Numbered from the stretch's first letter, positions 42,003-52,068 are shown. The stretch is DNA of 64,000 nucleotides from an uncultured delta proteobacterium (GCA_963706575.1 CAVPNL010000009.1:1-64000); one strand, 5' to 3'. The notes: a model not told the origin generated them from the letters alone. Program-made: numbers and translations.

Positions 42003-43415
42003 ATGCATAACAATTCAATGCGGATCGAAAATAAAACAGGTATCACCCTTTTTACACTGCTCTTGCTTCTTTTTGTGCTGGTCTTTGCACCACCCGGCTG
42101 GGGCCTGAATAGCGAGCGCGAAAGCCCGGTGGTGCGGGCGGTGCGCAAGGTCAGCCCGGCTGTGGTAAATATAAGCTCCTCATACGAGGTTCGCAAGCGT
42201 GCCAATCCCTTCTCCGGTTTCGGTATGGATCCGTTTTTCGAAGAGTTTTTCAAAGATTTCTTTGATCCCCGGTTCGAAAGCCGCCGCAAAAGCACCAGCC
42301 TGGGGTCCGGCGTGATCATCGACGGCAAAAGGGGCTTCATTCTGACCAACGCCCATGTCATCGAACGCTCCGGTAATATCAAAGTGGTGCTCGAGGATGA
42401 ACGCGAATTTGAGGCCAAGATCGTGGGCGCCGATCCGGATTCCGACCTGGCCGTATTGCAAATCGATTCCACCACCCAGGTGCCGTCCATCGAAATGGGC
42501 AGCAGTGATGACCTGATGATCGGCGAAACCGTAATTGCCATCGGCAATCCCTTCGGCTTTTCACATACGGTGACCACCGGGGTCATCAGCGCCGTTGACC
42601 GCAGTATCCGCACCGACGAGCGGGTATTCCTTGACTTTATCCAGATCGATGCCTCTATCAACCCCGGCAACAGCGGCGGTCCGTTGTTAAATATCAACGG
42701 CGATCTAATCGGCATCAATACCGCCATTTACGCCAAGGCCCAGGGTATTGGTTTTGCCATTCCGATCAACAAGGCCAAAAAAATCATCTCCGATCTGATT
42801 CAATTCGGCCAAGTAATCCAGACCTGGATCGGCATCAGCGTGCAAAACCTGGATAAAAAGCTGGCCGGCTACCTGAAGGTTCCCGGCAAAAAAGGCGTGA
42901 TGGTTAAAGCCCTCGAGCCCGACAGCCCGGCAAGCAACGCCGGTCTGAAAGAAGGCGATATCATTCTGGCGATCGGAAACAAAAATATCGCATCGGTGCA
43001 GGATTACTGGTCGGTGAAAAAAACCTATGCGGCCGGAGACACCCTCAAAACGAAAATATGGCGCAACGGCAAAACCGAAACCGCACACATTAAATCCCGG
43101 GTGTTTCCCATGGAGATGGCCGATGACCTGGCCCTGCGGTTGATGGGAATTCGGGTCGAAGATTTAACCCCGAAAAACCGCGCAGATTACCGCATTTCGG
43201 TGCGCCAGGGTGTAGTCATCTCTGAAATCGACGGCCGCAGCGATCTGGCCAGAGTCGGCGCCCGGCCCGGTGATGTCATCCGGCAGATCGATGACGCCGC
43301 CATTGTAAACAAAGATGACTTTAAAAAGGCGATTGTCAAATACCGCCAGCGGAGATCGGTGGTGATCCTGCTGCAGAGGGGGGATCAGGGGTATTATATC
43401 ACATTGAAATTGTAA
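42003..43415 (+). CDS. Do/DegP/HtrA family serine endopeptidase with two PDZ domains
   Basis: Catalytic triad motifs TNAHV, SDLAVL and PGNSGG. Confidence 0.95.
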   Translation: MHNNSMRIENKTGITLFTLLLLLFVLVFAPPGWGLNSERESPVVRAVRKVSPAVVNISSSYEVRKRANPFSGFGMDPFFEEFFKDFFDPRFESRRKSTSLGSGVIIDGKRGFILTNAHVIERSGNIKVVLEDEREFEAKIVGADPDSDLAVLQIDSTTQVPSIEMGSSDDLMIGETVIAIGNPFGFSHTVTTGVISAVDRSIRTDERVFLDFIQIDASINPGNSGGPLLNINGDLIGINTAIYAKAQGIGFAIPINKAKKIISDLIQFGQVIQTWIGISVQNLDKKLAGYLKVPGKKGVMVKALEPDSPASNAGLKEGDIILAIGNKNIASVQDYWSVKKTYAAGDTLKTKIWRNGKTETAHIKSRVFPMEMADDLALRLMGIRVEDLTPKNRADYRISVRQGVVISEIDGRSDLARVGARPGDVIRQIDDAAIVNKDDFKKAIVKYRQRRSVVILLQRGDQGYYITLKL

Positions 43416-43567
43416 CCATTCATATCAAATTTAGCTAAAGTCCTTTTAGCAAAATACCGATAAGATAATTGAATCAGAATATTTTTGCGATATTCGATTT
43501 TTTAGTTCTGTTTTTTGAAAATTTGCGGGTTTATTTTCGAAAGAAACAAGACCCGTAATTAAAATCG

Positions 43568-43650
43568 CTCTAGATAATGCCAAACCCCGAGTAATCGGGG
43601 GACGGAAAGCCACGGGTCCGCCGGAGGTGGATGGCCGGGTTGCCTGAGGA
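43568..43650 (+). ncRNA. Cyclic dinucleotide riboswitch, c-di-GMP-I (GEMM) class
   Basis: GCCAAACCCCGA-GTAA-TCGGGGGACGGAAAGCCACGGGTCC...GGATGGCCGGGTTGCC matches the GEMM P2 (GNRA loop) and P3 layout. Confidence 0.88.
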
Positions 43651-43656
43651 GGCTTA

Positions 43657-43696
43657 AAAGCTGGGCAGCCCGTGAGTTGGTTGCTCGGCTTTTTTG
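43657..43696 (+). terminator. Intrinsic terminator, likely the riboswitch expression platform
   Basis: AAGCTGGGCAGCC pairs with GGTTGCTCGGCTT (including G-U pairs) and is followed by a T run, ahead of the AGGAGG RBS. Confidence 0.75.
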
Positions 43697-43726
43697 CTTG
43701 GGCCACCGGTTTCAAAAGGAGGAAAA

Positions 43727-45607
43727 ATGCAACTGTTCGGGGGAATCAATCCATACGAGAGTAACCTCTTTGGCTTCGGTTACATCGATACCATTCAAAA
43801 ACAGCGTGACGTCACAGGCTCGTTCAAGGGGCTTCCGGTTTCAAATCAGCGAGATCAGATGGACGACACCACACGCAATGTGCTGCGGATGCGCAAAGCC
43901 ATGGAGGCGGTCCGGCAATTGATGCCGGCTTCAGAATCTGCCCAAATTGAAGTCGAGGTAGCTGCCAGCGCCACCTCGGCCACCAGTCTTGACTTAAGCT
44001 CAAGCGGCACCGCAACGCCCACAACCCTGGAATCGACCGAAGAGGTCAATGCCTCGACGACTGCCTATTCGACGGACCCGCCCGAATGGACCGGTGCTTC
44101 GACCGCTCAGCCCACGATCAGCGGCGAATATGATGGCTCAAGCGGCACCGACACGCTCACTTTTGAAGTTAAAAAGGGGGGTACCCTTGGTGGAAATCTG
44201 ATTCTGATCAATGTTTACGATTCCAGCAACAATCAAATTGATAGTCTCAGTTTCAAAAAAGCAGACGGTGTCGATACGCCATTCACCCTGTCCAACGGTT
44301 TGACGGTAACCTTCGGCGATGGGGATTTTGTGAAAAATGACAGCTTCACCCTGGAGGTTTATGACAACGTGGACAATGCGGTGAATCCGGACAATTCCTT
44401 CAACGGGACGGGCGCCGATGATCCGAATCTTCAATCGGGTCTCGATGTAACCAGTGGATCCTTTGAAATCAATGGGACCACCATCGATGTCGCGGCGGAT
44501 GATACGATTAACAGCGTGCTCGATAAAATCAATGATTCAGATGCCGGCGTGACAGCCAGCTACGACGCCGCTACCGAAACGGTATTGCTGACCCAGGACA
44601 CCGCCGGCTCAACTCCGGATATTGTGCTGGCAAACGACACCTCCGGATTTGTCGCCGCCGTAAAACTGGATAGCGCGGTGGCCGTCCCCGGAGAAGATGG
44701 GACGGTAACCGAAGATCCTGCAACGCCTCTGGCGGAGGTGGATACCTTCTCCGCGGTGCAAAGCGGCAGCATCAGCGTCAATGGCGTTTCTATCGACATC
44801 AACGTCGATACGGATTCATTAAACGACATCCTTGATAGTATTAGCGCCTCAGCGGCAGATGTCACCGCAAGCTACGACAGCAACACCAAGCGGGTCACGC
44901 TGAGTGCTAACGACGCTGAAAGTCAACTCATTCTTGACAGCGGCACAACGAATTTTTTCCCGGCCGTGGAAATCACCGACGGTACCACTGAGCCGGTTAA
45001 CGAAACCATAGAAGTACAGTCAGGCGGTGTGGATGCTGTAAAATCGTCCGATCTTACGTCTGAATATGCTGAAATCTACACCACCGAACTGGACGCTACA
45101 CTTGGTAAGGACCGGGAAGTCGCGGAAACACCCGTTACACCCTCGGACGCTAAAATGCTGGGCGAGCTGGTCAATATCATTGCCGATTCCATGAATGCAT
45201 TGTTCAATGGTTCAGCAATCAGCTCGTCGCAAAGCACCGGAACCGAAGCGTTTCAACTTCAAGATGACGTTCGCAGTGCCGTCGCGTCATGGTTTGATTC
45301 CCAAGGATCTCAATTCAACACCAACTTGGGTATTGATTCCGATTCCGAAGAGTCTGAATTCAACACCGACTTTGGCATTGGTTTTGATTTTGAAAAGACA
45401 GATGGAAAGGTATTCAATTTCTCCCAGGCTAACCGAAGTCGATTTGAGGATGCTCTGGCATCCCCGCAGAGCGCGGCCGCGGTCCAAAAAGCGCTTTTTG
45501 GAATCGAATCCGGCGGGCTGTTCAACCAGCTGCACTCCGCCTTGACGGAAGCCGGCACCGATTTTGAAGTGGATCCGAGCGGCCTGTTTCTGGATGTAAT
45601 GATATAG
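43727..45607 (+). CDS. Acidic protein with tandem flagellin hook-IN-like modules (FliD/FlgK-like parts)
   Basis: Two modules: GSFEINGTTIDV..DTINSVLDKINDSDAGVTASYD and GSISVNGVSIDI..DSLNDILDSISASAADVTASYD. ATG 43727 follows AGGAGG. Confidence 0.65.
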   Translation: MQLFGGINPYESNLFGFGYIDTIQKQRDVTGSFKGLPVSNQRDQMDDTTRNVLRMRKAMEAVRQLMPASESAQIEVEVAASATSATSLDLSSSGTATPTTLESTEEVNASTTAYSTDPPEWTGASTAQPTISGEYDGSSGTDTLTFEVKKGGTLGGNLILINVYDSSNNQIDSLSFKKADGVDTPFTLSNGLTVTFGDGDFVKNDSFTLEVYDNVDNAVNPDNSFNGTGADDPNLQSGLDVTSGSFEINGTTIDVAADDTINSVLDKINDSDAGVTASYDAATETVLLTQDTAGSTPDIVLANDTSGFVAAVKLDSAVAVPGEDGTVTEDPATPLAEVDTFSAVQSGSISVNGVSIDINVDTDSLNDILDSISASAADVTASYDSNTKRVTLSANDAESQLILDSGTTNFFPAVEITDGTTEPVNETIEVQSGGVDAVKSSDLTSEYAEIYTTELDATLGKDREVAETPVTPSDAKMLGELVNIIADSMNALFNGSAISSSQSTGTEAFQLQDDVRSAVASWFDSQGSQFNTNLGIDSDSEESEFNTDFGIGFDFEKTDGKVFNFSQANRSRFEDALASPQSAAAVQKALFGIESGGLFNQLHSALTEAGTDFEVDPSGLFLDVMI

Positions 45608-45614
45608 TTAGCTA

Positions 45615-45742
45615 AGGTTTCAGTGTTCAGGTGTCAGCAGTTAAATTCAGGAATTTAGGAATTGAAGGTATTCTGTCATTCTAATTCCTAAATCCCTCAA
45701 TTCCTCAATCATCGAATCCTGACACCCGAAACCTGAAACCTA
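45615..45742. repeat. Nested short-repeat palindrome
   Basis: Outer ggtttcagtgttcaggtgtcag ... ctgacacccgaaacctgaaacc; inner ggaatttaggaattga ... aattcctaaatccctcaattcc. Confidence 0.75.
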
Positions 45743-45920
45743 TTTCCCCTATATGATAATCAACACTGCGCCTGCCACCATCAGCGAGGTGCGGACTGTT
45801 TTAGTCTTGACATCATAACCCAGCCTATATATTAAAAATCGATGTCATTTTGTCTGACTATCAAGCGCTGGGCCAAAATTTTCAGGCGTCACCAAGATCA
45901 ACCGATGCAAGGCTCCATCC

Positions 45921-46172
45921 AGAAGTGGTTTCAAAACCCCATCTAAGGCCCAATGGCTGCGTTGCCCCGCTAAGCGGGATTCGCATCTGATTTTTTAAAT
46001 TAAGGTGCAGCACAGGCCTCCGATAAATGCTCACATACCCATATGTCTGCTGAGAACAACGACTTTCTCGATCGGCCTGCGCCTTGATGCATACCTTAAT
46101 TTATTAAGATCAGATATGTAATCCCGCTTAGCGGGGCCCTTGAACCTGACCTGCGCTTTTGAAACCACTTCT
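45921..46172. mobile_element. ~250-bp non-coding element with perfect 16-bp terminal and 18-bp internal inverted repeats (MITE-like)
   Basis: agaagtggtttcaaaa (45921-45936) / ttttgaaaccacttct (46157-46172); gccccgctaagcgggatt (45964-45981) / aatcccgcttagcggggc (46120-46137). Confidence 0.65.
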
Positions 46173-46342
46173 AAGCAATCTCTAAATATTAGTTTAAATT
46201 AGGTCTCGTTTTTAACCAGCCTCATGATCATGGCCCCGATCGACCCGGAATAAAGGCGTTATTCAGAAAACGCAGAACTAATCAAAACGAGTTCAGGCAA
46301 ACGCTTAGCAAAGCGAAAAAAATTGAAAAGGAGAAATTTCCA

Positions 46343-47302
46343 ATGCGAAAAAACAAATTAATGATCTTATGTTTGCTTTTGTTAACGGTTGTGTTTGGTC
46401 TAAATTTGGCCTGGGGTGACGATTATCCCAGCAAACCGATCAATTTTTTGATCCCCTTTGGTGCCGGTGGATCTGCTGATTTAATGGGAAGGGCTTTGGC
46501 CAATGGATCCGAAACACATCTCGGACAGCCGATTGTCCCGATCAATAAACCGGGTGCGGGCGGCGGCATTATGTATACCGCGCTAAAGGGTGCCAAGCCA
46601 GACGGATACACGGTCGGTTGGAATTCTACCTCTATCCTGACATCGACCAACATCGGCAATGTTCCATTTAAATACGATGCCTTTGATCATGTGTGCCGAA
46701 TTGGGTTTACCGCCATGCCGATTGCCGTTCGTAAAGATGCGCCCTGGAAAAATTTGAAGGAATTTGTGGATTATGCCAAAAAAAATCCGGGTAAAATAAA
46801 GATCGGAAACGCCGGAACGGGCAGCGGCACCCATCTTACGGCCGTTCTATTAGAAAAAGCGGCGGACATCAAGGTCGTACATGTCCCTCTGGGGGCAAAA
46901 CGTCGGATTCCGAGTCTGCTTGGTGGGGAGGTTGAAGCCATCTGCGTACCCTTGCCCGAAGTTGCCCCGCAGGTCGCAGGCGGACAGGCCCGGCTGCTGA
47001 TTATGACCACCGAAAAAAGAGATCCGATGTTTGCCGATATTCCCACCTTAAAAGAAATGGGATATCCGGTAGTCATGGAGCTTTTCCGGGGCATCAGTAT
47101 GCCGCAGGGGACACCGGATCCGATCGTAAAAAAGCTTGCCGATGCCTTTAAAAAAGGCGCTGATGACGCCGATTTTAAAAAAATCGCCAAACAAAAAGGG
47201 TTTAATATCAGTTTCATGGGAAACACAGATTTTGAAGCATACTTAAAAGTGCAAAATGCATATATGGCCGAGGGTATGAAACTGGGTGGTTTGGTTAAAT
47301 AA
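46343..47302 (+). CDS. tctC: Tripartite tricarboxylate transporter substrate-binding protein
   Basis: YPSKPINFLIPFGAGGSAD, NKPGAGG and PDGYT. Confidence 0.93.
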   Translation: MRKNKLMILCLLLLTVVFGLNLAWGDDYPSKPINFLIPFGAGGSADLMGRALANGSETHLGQPIVPINKPGAGGGIMYTALKGAKPDGYTVGWNSTSILTSTNIGNVPFKYDAFDHVCRIGFTAMPIAVRKDAPWKNLKEFVDYAKKNPGKIKIGNAGTGSGTHLTAVLLEKAADIKVVHVPLGAKRRIPSLLGGEVEAICVPLPEVAPQVAGGQARLLIMTTEKRDPMFADIPTLKEMGYPVVMELFRGISMPQGTPDPIVKKLADAFKKGADDADFKKIAKQKGFNISFMGNTDFEAYLKVQNAYMAEGMKLGGLVK

Positions 47303-47359
47303 TGAGAGAATGGGGGCTGCTCAAATTACTGAAAAGCCCCCATATTTTTTAGGTCTTCA

Positions 47360-47815
47360 ATGAAGAAGGTTAATGTTATATTAGCTGCACTATTGATTGG
47401 TCTAGGAATCTTCTACGCCTATTTAACGGCTCATCTTCCCGATCGAAACCTTCCCAACACCCTCGGCAGTGATTTTATGCCGTGGGTTCTAGTGGGCTGT
47501 CTCTTCTTCCTCTCGTTGCTACTTCTTATCAAGACCGTCTTTGGGAGCTCCCCGGAGCAGTTCGATTTCAGTATTTCACCAAAAGAAGGCTTTGGGGTGA
47601 TCGTTCTCACCGTTTGTGTTTTTGCCTATGTAAAATTAATGATTCTGATCGGCTTTGTTTTGGCGACACCTATTTTCCTGGCCCTATTGATGCTGATCAC
47701 CGGCTCAAGGAAGTGGAAAGAGATCGTCCTTGTTTCCATCTTCGCCACTTTCAGCATTTACCTTTTATTCCAGAAAATTTTTCAGGTTATTCTTCCCCGC
47801 GGAGAATTATTTTAA
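47360..47815 (+). CDS. tctB: Tripartite tricarboxylate transporter small permease
   Basis: Four TM segments, C-terminal LPRG, located between tctC and tctA. Confidence 0.88.
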   Translation: MKKVNVILAALLIGLGIFYAYLTAHLPDRNLPNTLGSDFMPWVLVGCLFFLSLLLLIKTVFGSSPEQFDFSISPKEGFGVIVLTVCVFAYVKLMILIGFVLATPIFLALLMLITGSRKWKEIVLVSIFATFSIYLLFQKIFQVILPRGELF

Positions 47816-47826
47816 CAGGTTAGTTC

Positions 47827-49308
47827 ATGAATGGACCTATTTTTGCGGCGTTGGCTGATGTTTTGCAGATTCACAATATCCTGGCCTCGATGGCCGGTGT
47901 TATTTTCGGCCTGTTTATTGGTTCAACCCCCGGACTCACGATTTCACTGGGCATGGTTCTGCTTTTGCCGATCACCTTTAAGCTTTCCGCCGTGACCGCC
48001 GTTTGTTTGCTACTCGGGCTTTACGCCGCAGGCATGACCGGCGGGTCTTTATCCGCCATTCTATTGAACATTCCCGGAACACCTTCAGCTTCGGCAACGG
48101 CAATCGATGGCTATGAAATGACCAAAAAGGGCCGGGCGGGCGAGGCGCTGGGCGTTGCCGTAAGTTCATCGTTTTTTGGCGGCATGTTCGGCTTGACCTG
48201 CCTGGTGCTGGCCGCGCCTGTGATTGCAAAAGCTGCCTTAAAATTCGGAGCCCCTGAACTTTTTGCCCTTGTGCTATTGGGGCTGACGCTGATCTGCAGC
48301 TTCGGCCAGCATTCCCCGATTAAGGCCCTGATCTCCGGAACCGTGGGGCTGATGATAATGACTGTCGGCCTGGATCCGATGATGGGCAGCCCGCGCTTCA
48401 CATTTGGCATGGTGGAATTACAGGCCGGCATTTCCTTTTTACCGGCCATGATCGGCCTGTTTGCAATTCCCCAGATTTTAGTTGGAATCGCCGGCAAAAC
48501 GCGGGTGATTCCAAAATATCGCGAAAAGATTTCCGGTGTATTGCCGAAAATCAAAGATCTTTATAAATTGAAAAAAAGCATGCTGCTGGGATCCTTATTT
48601 GGAACCGGAATTGGTGCGATTCCGGGCGCCGGCGGTCCGATTGCAGTATTTCTCAGCTATGATTATGCCCGAAGATTTTCCAAAAATTCAGAAAAATTTG
48701 GCACCGGCGAGCCGGCCGGGATCGCCGCACCGGAGTCATCAAATAACGCCGTTGCCGGCGGCGCACTCATTCCGATGCTGACTTTGGGTATTCCCGGCGA
48801 TCCCATAACGGCGATTCTGCTGGGGGCGTTGATGATACAGGGATTGATTCCAGGTCCCCTTCTTTTTCAGCAATCCGCTCAATTTGTCTACAGTGTTTTT
48901 TGGGCTTTCTTTGTGGCAAATATCATGAATTTGTGCCTGACATTCATGACCATCAAACTCTGGGTCAGAGTGCTCAAGGTGCCTCAACGCGTTTTGCTTC
49001 CGATAATTGTTATTCTGTGCATTGTCGGCACTTATGCCTTGAGAAACACGTTTTTTGATACCGCCATCATGTTCGCTTTCGGATTGTTGGGTTACTTTAT
49101 GAAAAAATACGGTTTTCCGGTGGTTCCGATGCTTTTGGCGATTATTCTGGGACCCAACCTTGAGGAACACCTCAGAATGTCTCTGATCATTTCACAGGGA
49201 GATTACATGATTTTTTTTAAACACCCCATCAGCCTTGTCTTTATTGTTGCGGCCATTGCATCTTTTGTCCTACCCCTGCTGCGTTCGAAAAAAAGCACGG
49301 CTCACTAG
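47827..49308 (+). CDS. tctA: Tripartite tricarboxylate transporter large permease
   Basis: AILLNIPGTPS, APESSNNA and PMLTLGIPGD. Confidence 0.95.
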   Translation: MNGPIFAALADVLQIHNILASMAGVIFGLFIGSTPGLTISLGMVLLLPITFKLSAVTAVCLLLGLYAAGMTGGSLSAILLNIPGTPSASATAIDGYEMTKKGRAGEALGVAVSSSFFGGMFGLTCLVLAAPVIAKAALKFGAPELFALVLLGLTLICSFGQHSPIKALISGTVGLMIMTVGLDPMMGSPRFTFGMVELQAGISFLPAMIGLFAIPQILVGIAGKTRVIPKYREKISGVLPKIKDLYKLKKSMLLGSLFGTGIGAIPGAGGPIAVFLSYDYARRFSKNSEKFGTGEPAGIAAPESSNNAVAGGALIPMLTLGIPGDPITAILLGALMIQGLIPGPLLFQQSAQFVYSVFWAFFVANIMNLCLTFMTIKLWVRVLKVPQRVLLPIIVILCIVGTYALRNTFFDTAIMFAFGLLGYFMKKYGFPVVPMLLAIILGPNLEEHLRMSLIISQGDYMIFFKHPISLVFIVAAIASFVLPLLRSKKSTAH

Positions 49309-49469
49309 TGTTGTGTCCCAGAAATATTGTCTAAAATATTATTAGGTTCTGAGGCGTGGTATCCATCTGTCATTCCCGCGCAGGCGGGAATCCAGGCGTC
49401 TTTGAACTGGACTCCCGCCTGCGCGGGAGTGACAATCATTTTGTAACTTATTTGTAGGACACAATACTA
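49306..49469. repeat. REP-like inverted doublet (49368-49434) nested inside ~21-bp terminal inverted repeats
   Basis: tgtcattcccgcgcaggcgggaatccag ... ctggactcccgcctgcgcgggagtgaca; outer tagtgttgtgtcccagaaata / tatttgtaggacacaatacta. Confidence 0.8.
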
Positions 49470-49555
49470 AGCAGGCCCGGGTGATCGGAAAAGTATCTTA
49501 TTCACATGGGATTTTTAACTTGTTCTGGCTTGCTATCCTATTCAAGCCTTCTGAT

Positions 49556-50623
49556 TCATGGATGCACCACAACTTTTAAGGCCCCGCCTTTGCGCTCCAC
49601 ATATGTCTGGAAAGCCTCATTGATTTGTTCCAGGGGAAACGTATGCGTAATGAGATCTTTGCCAACCATTTTGCCTTGAGCCATTAAGGAAAGTGCGCGA
49701 TGGACATTCAGGCGTCCTTCGCCTCGAATGGTATATAGGTTGATGCCATTGCGAACCGCCGTGCTGATATCGGCGGTGATCGGCTTTTTATAAAAAGCCA
49801 GGATTGAAATTTTTCCCCCTTTGCGGGTCATCTCAATCGCTTGCTGCAGGGAATTCTCTCCGCCGGCGGCCTCCAAAACCAGATCCGCTCCTAATCCATC
49901 GGTGAGCTCCAAGACCTTGTCGACGGGATTTTCTCTGTTGGCATTGACAATATGATCGGCACCAAGCTTCTGGCCTAATTCAAGTCTCTCATCGCGAGTC
50001 CCCGTCAATATGACCCTGGCCGCCCCGAGAGCCTTGCAGGCCTGGACGCACATAAGTCCGATCGGTCCGGGGCCGAGCACCGCCACCGTATCTCCAACGA
50101 TGTAGCCACCGGCCTGATCAATTCCATAAATGCTTGATCCTGCGGTTGTAATAATGATTGATTCGTCAAAGGAAATGTTGTCGGGAAGCTTGGCGAGGGT
50201 GTTGACGTGGTTGACAGCATATTCGGCAAATCCGCCATTGGCGGTAAAGCCATTTGCCCGATGCCCTTTTTTAAGATTGCCGTAATTAAGACAGGCCGTA
50301 TATTCTCCCACCAGGCAGTTCTTGCAGCGCATGCACCCTTTGTGAATCTCGACTGCAATGCGATCACCGATCTTAAATTCATCGACCGTGTCGCCAACGG
50401 CGGCAACGGTTCCGGCGTACTCATGGCCGATAATGAACTCACCAAAGGGGGGTTGATGCGGCATACCGTGAGTAATAATCTTAACATCGGTTCCGCAGAT
50501 TCCGCAGGCCTCAACCCGAATCAAGGCCTCATCGTGCCCGGGAACAGGAACCTCGCACTCAACAACCTGAATGTCATTAAATCCAAACAGCACCGCCGCC
50601 TTCATTTTTTTGGGAATCTGCAT
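49556..50623 (-). CDS. Zinc-binding medium-chain dehydrogenase
   Basis: CGICGTD, GHE, CxxCxxCx7C and GPGPIG. Confidence 0.93.
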   Translation of the reverse strand: MQIPKKMKAAVLFGFNDIQVVECEVPVPGHDEALIRVEACGICGTDVKIITHGMPHQPPFGEFIIGHEYAGTVAAVGDTVDEFKIGDRIAVEIHKGCMRCKNCLVGEYTACLNYGNLKKGHRANGFTANGGFAEYAVNHVNTLAKLPDNISFDESIIITTAGSSIYGIDQAGGYIVGDTVAVLGPGPIGLMCVQACKALGAARVILTGTRDERLELGQKLGADHIVNANRENPVDKVLELTDGLGADLVLEAAGGENSLQQAIEMTRKGGKISILAFYKKPITADISTAVRNGINLYTIRGEGRLNVHRALSLMAQGKMVGKDLITHTFPLEQINEAFQTYVERKGGALKVVVHP

Positions 50624-50887
50624 AATCTATAGCCTCCAGAGCGAATTAAAACCCATCCAAAAATGATATAGTCTCACCGGATGGAAACGAATTAGTTAAA
50701 TGATTTCAAATTCTTGCTTTGTTTTTTGCCGTCAGCCCAACATCAATCTAAATGCTAATAATTCGTCTGGCTTGTCAAGCCAAAATTTTCAGTCCGGAAT
50801 CGAATTTTTCAGGTTTTGATTGATTTTTTTGCCGGTTTCCTTGAAAAAAGAAATAACCAGCGTTTAATATTGTTCAGGAGGCTTAAA

Positions 50888-51955
50888 ATGAATCTACCAG
50901 AAAAAATGACGGCGGCGGTGCTTTACGGAATGAATGACGTCAGGGTTGTTGAGCGAAGGGTACCGGTTCCCGGTCCGGAAGAAGCATTAATCAAGGTTGC
51001 GGCCTGCGGCGTTTGCGGAGGAGATATCAAGATAATCACAAAGGGCATGCCGAACCAACCCCCTTTTGGAGAGTTCATTATCGGCCACGAATACGCCGGA
51101 ACCATTGTTGCCCTGGGGGACGGGATTGATGAATTCAAAATTGGCGATCGCGTTGCGGTTGAAGTGCACAAAGGCTGCGGCCGTTGCAAAAATTGCCTGG
51201 TGGGAAAATACACAGTATGCCTCAATTACGGCAATTTTGACAAAGGACACCGGGCCAACGGCTTTACGACAAACGGCGGCTTTGCGGAATTTGCGGTCAA
51301 TCATGTGAATACGATTTGCAGGATACCCGACCATATATCACTTGATGAAGCCACCTTAATTACCACCGCCGGAACTTCACTGTATGGCATTGACATGGCC
51401 GGGGGATATGTGCCCGGAGATACAATCGCCGTCTTGGGGCCGGGAGCCATTGGCCTGATGAGTGTTCAATGCTGTAAAGCAGTTGGGGCTGGAACGGTTG
51501 TCCTCACCGGAACGCGAGACGATCGACTTGAGCTGGGAAAAAAACTGGGTGCAGACCGGGTAATCAACGTCAAAAATAGCTCGCCGGTTGAAAAAATTAA
51601 AGAAATTACAGGAGGTATCGGGGCGGATCTGGTTCTGATTACCTCCGGCAGTGAAGATAGCCTGGAACAGGCGCTGAAAATGACGCGCCGAGGCGGAAAT
51701 ATTACGATCCTTGCCCACTTTGATGAACCGGTAATGACTGATATTGGATGGGCGGTCAAAAATGGGATTAACCTGTATACGGTGAGGGGCGAAGGTCGAA
51801 TGAGTGTGCATCGCGCCCTTTCGCTGATGTCTCAGAAAAAAATCGATGGAAACGCCCTTATTACCCACACTTTTCCTTTGAAAGAAATTAATAAAGCCCT
51901 GACGACCTTCACTGAAAGACGTGAAGGGGCAATAAAGGTCGTGGTTCACCCCTGA
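50888..51955 (+). CDS. Zinc-binding medium-chain dehydrogenase, paralog of 49556-50623
   Basis: CGVCGGD, GHE, CxxCxxCx7C and GPGAIG. ATG 50888 follows AGGAGG. Confidence 0.93.
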   Translation: MNLPEKMTAAVLYGMNDVRVVERRVPVPGPEEALIKVAACGVCGGDIKIITKGMPNQPPFGEFIIGHEYAGTIVALGDGIDEFKIGDRVAVEVHKGCGRCKNCLVGKYTVCLNYGNFDKGHRANGFTTNGGFAEFAVNHVNTICRIPDHISLDEATLITTAGTSLYGIDMAGGYVPGDTIAVLGPGAIGLMSVQCCKAVGAGTVVLTGTRDDRLELGKKLGADRVINVKNSSPVEKIKEITGGIGADLVLITSGSEDSLEQALKMTRRGGNITILAHFDEPVMTDIGWAVKNGINLYTVRGEGRMSVHRALSLMSQKKIDGNALITHTFPLKEINKALTTFTERREGAIKVVVHP

Positions 51956-52068
51956 TCTTTTTTATTTAGCTCAGTAAGCCCTTTTGATATAATCTTTTTT
52001 TAGCGGCCTTAACAGGACGAGGCGCTTAATCTGCCCGAGGCGGAATAACCAATTTTAGGAGAGTTCCT

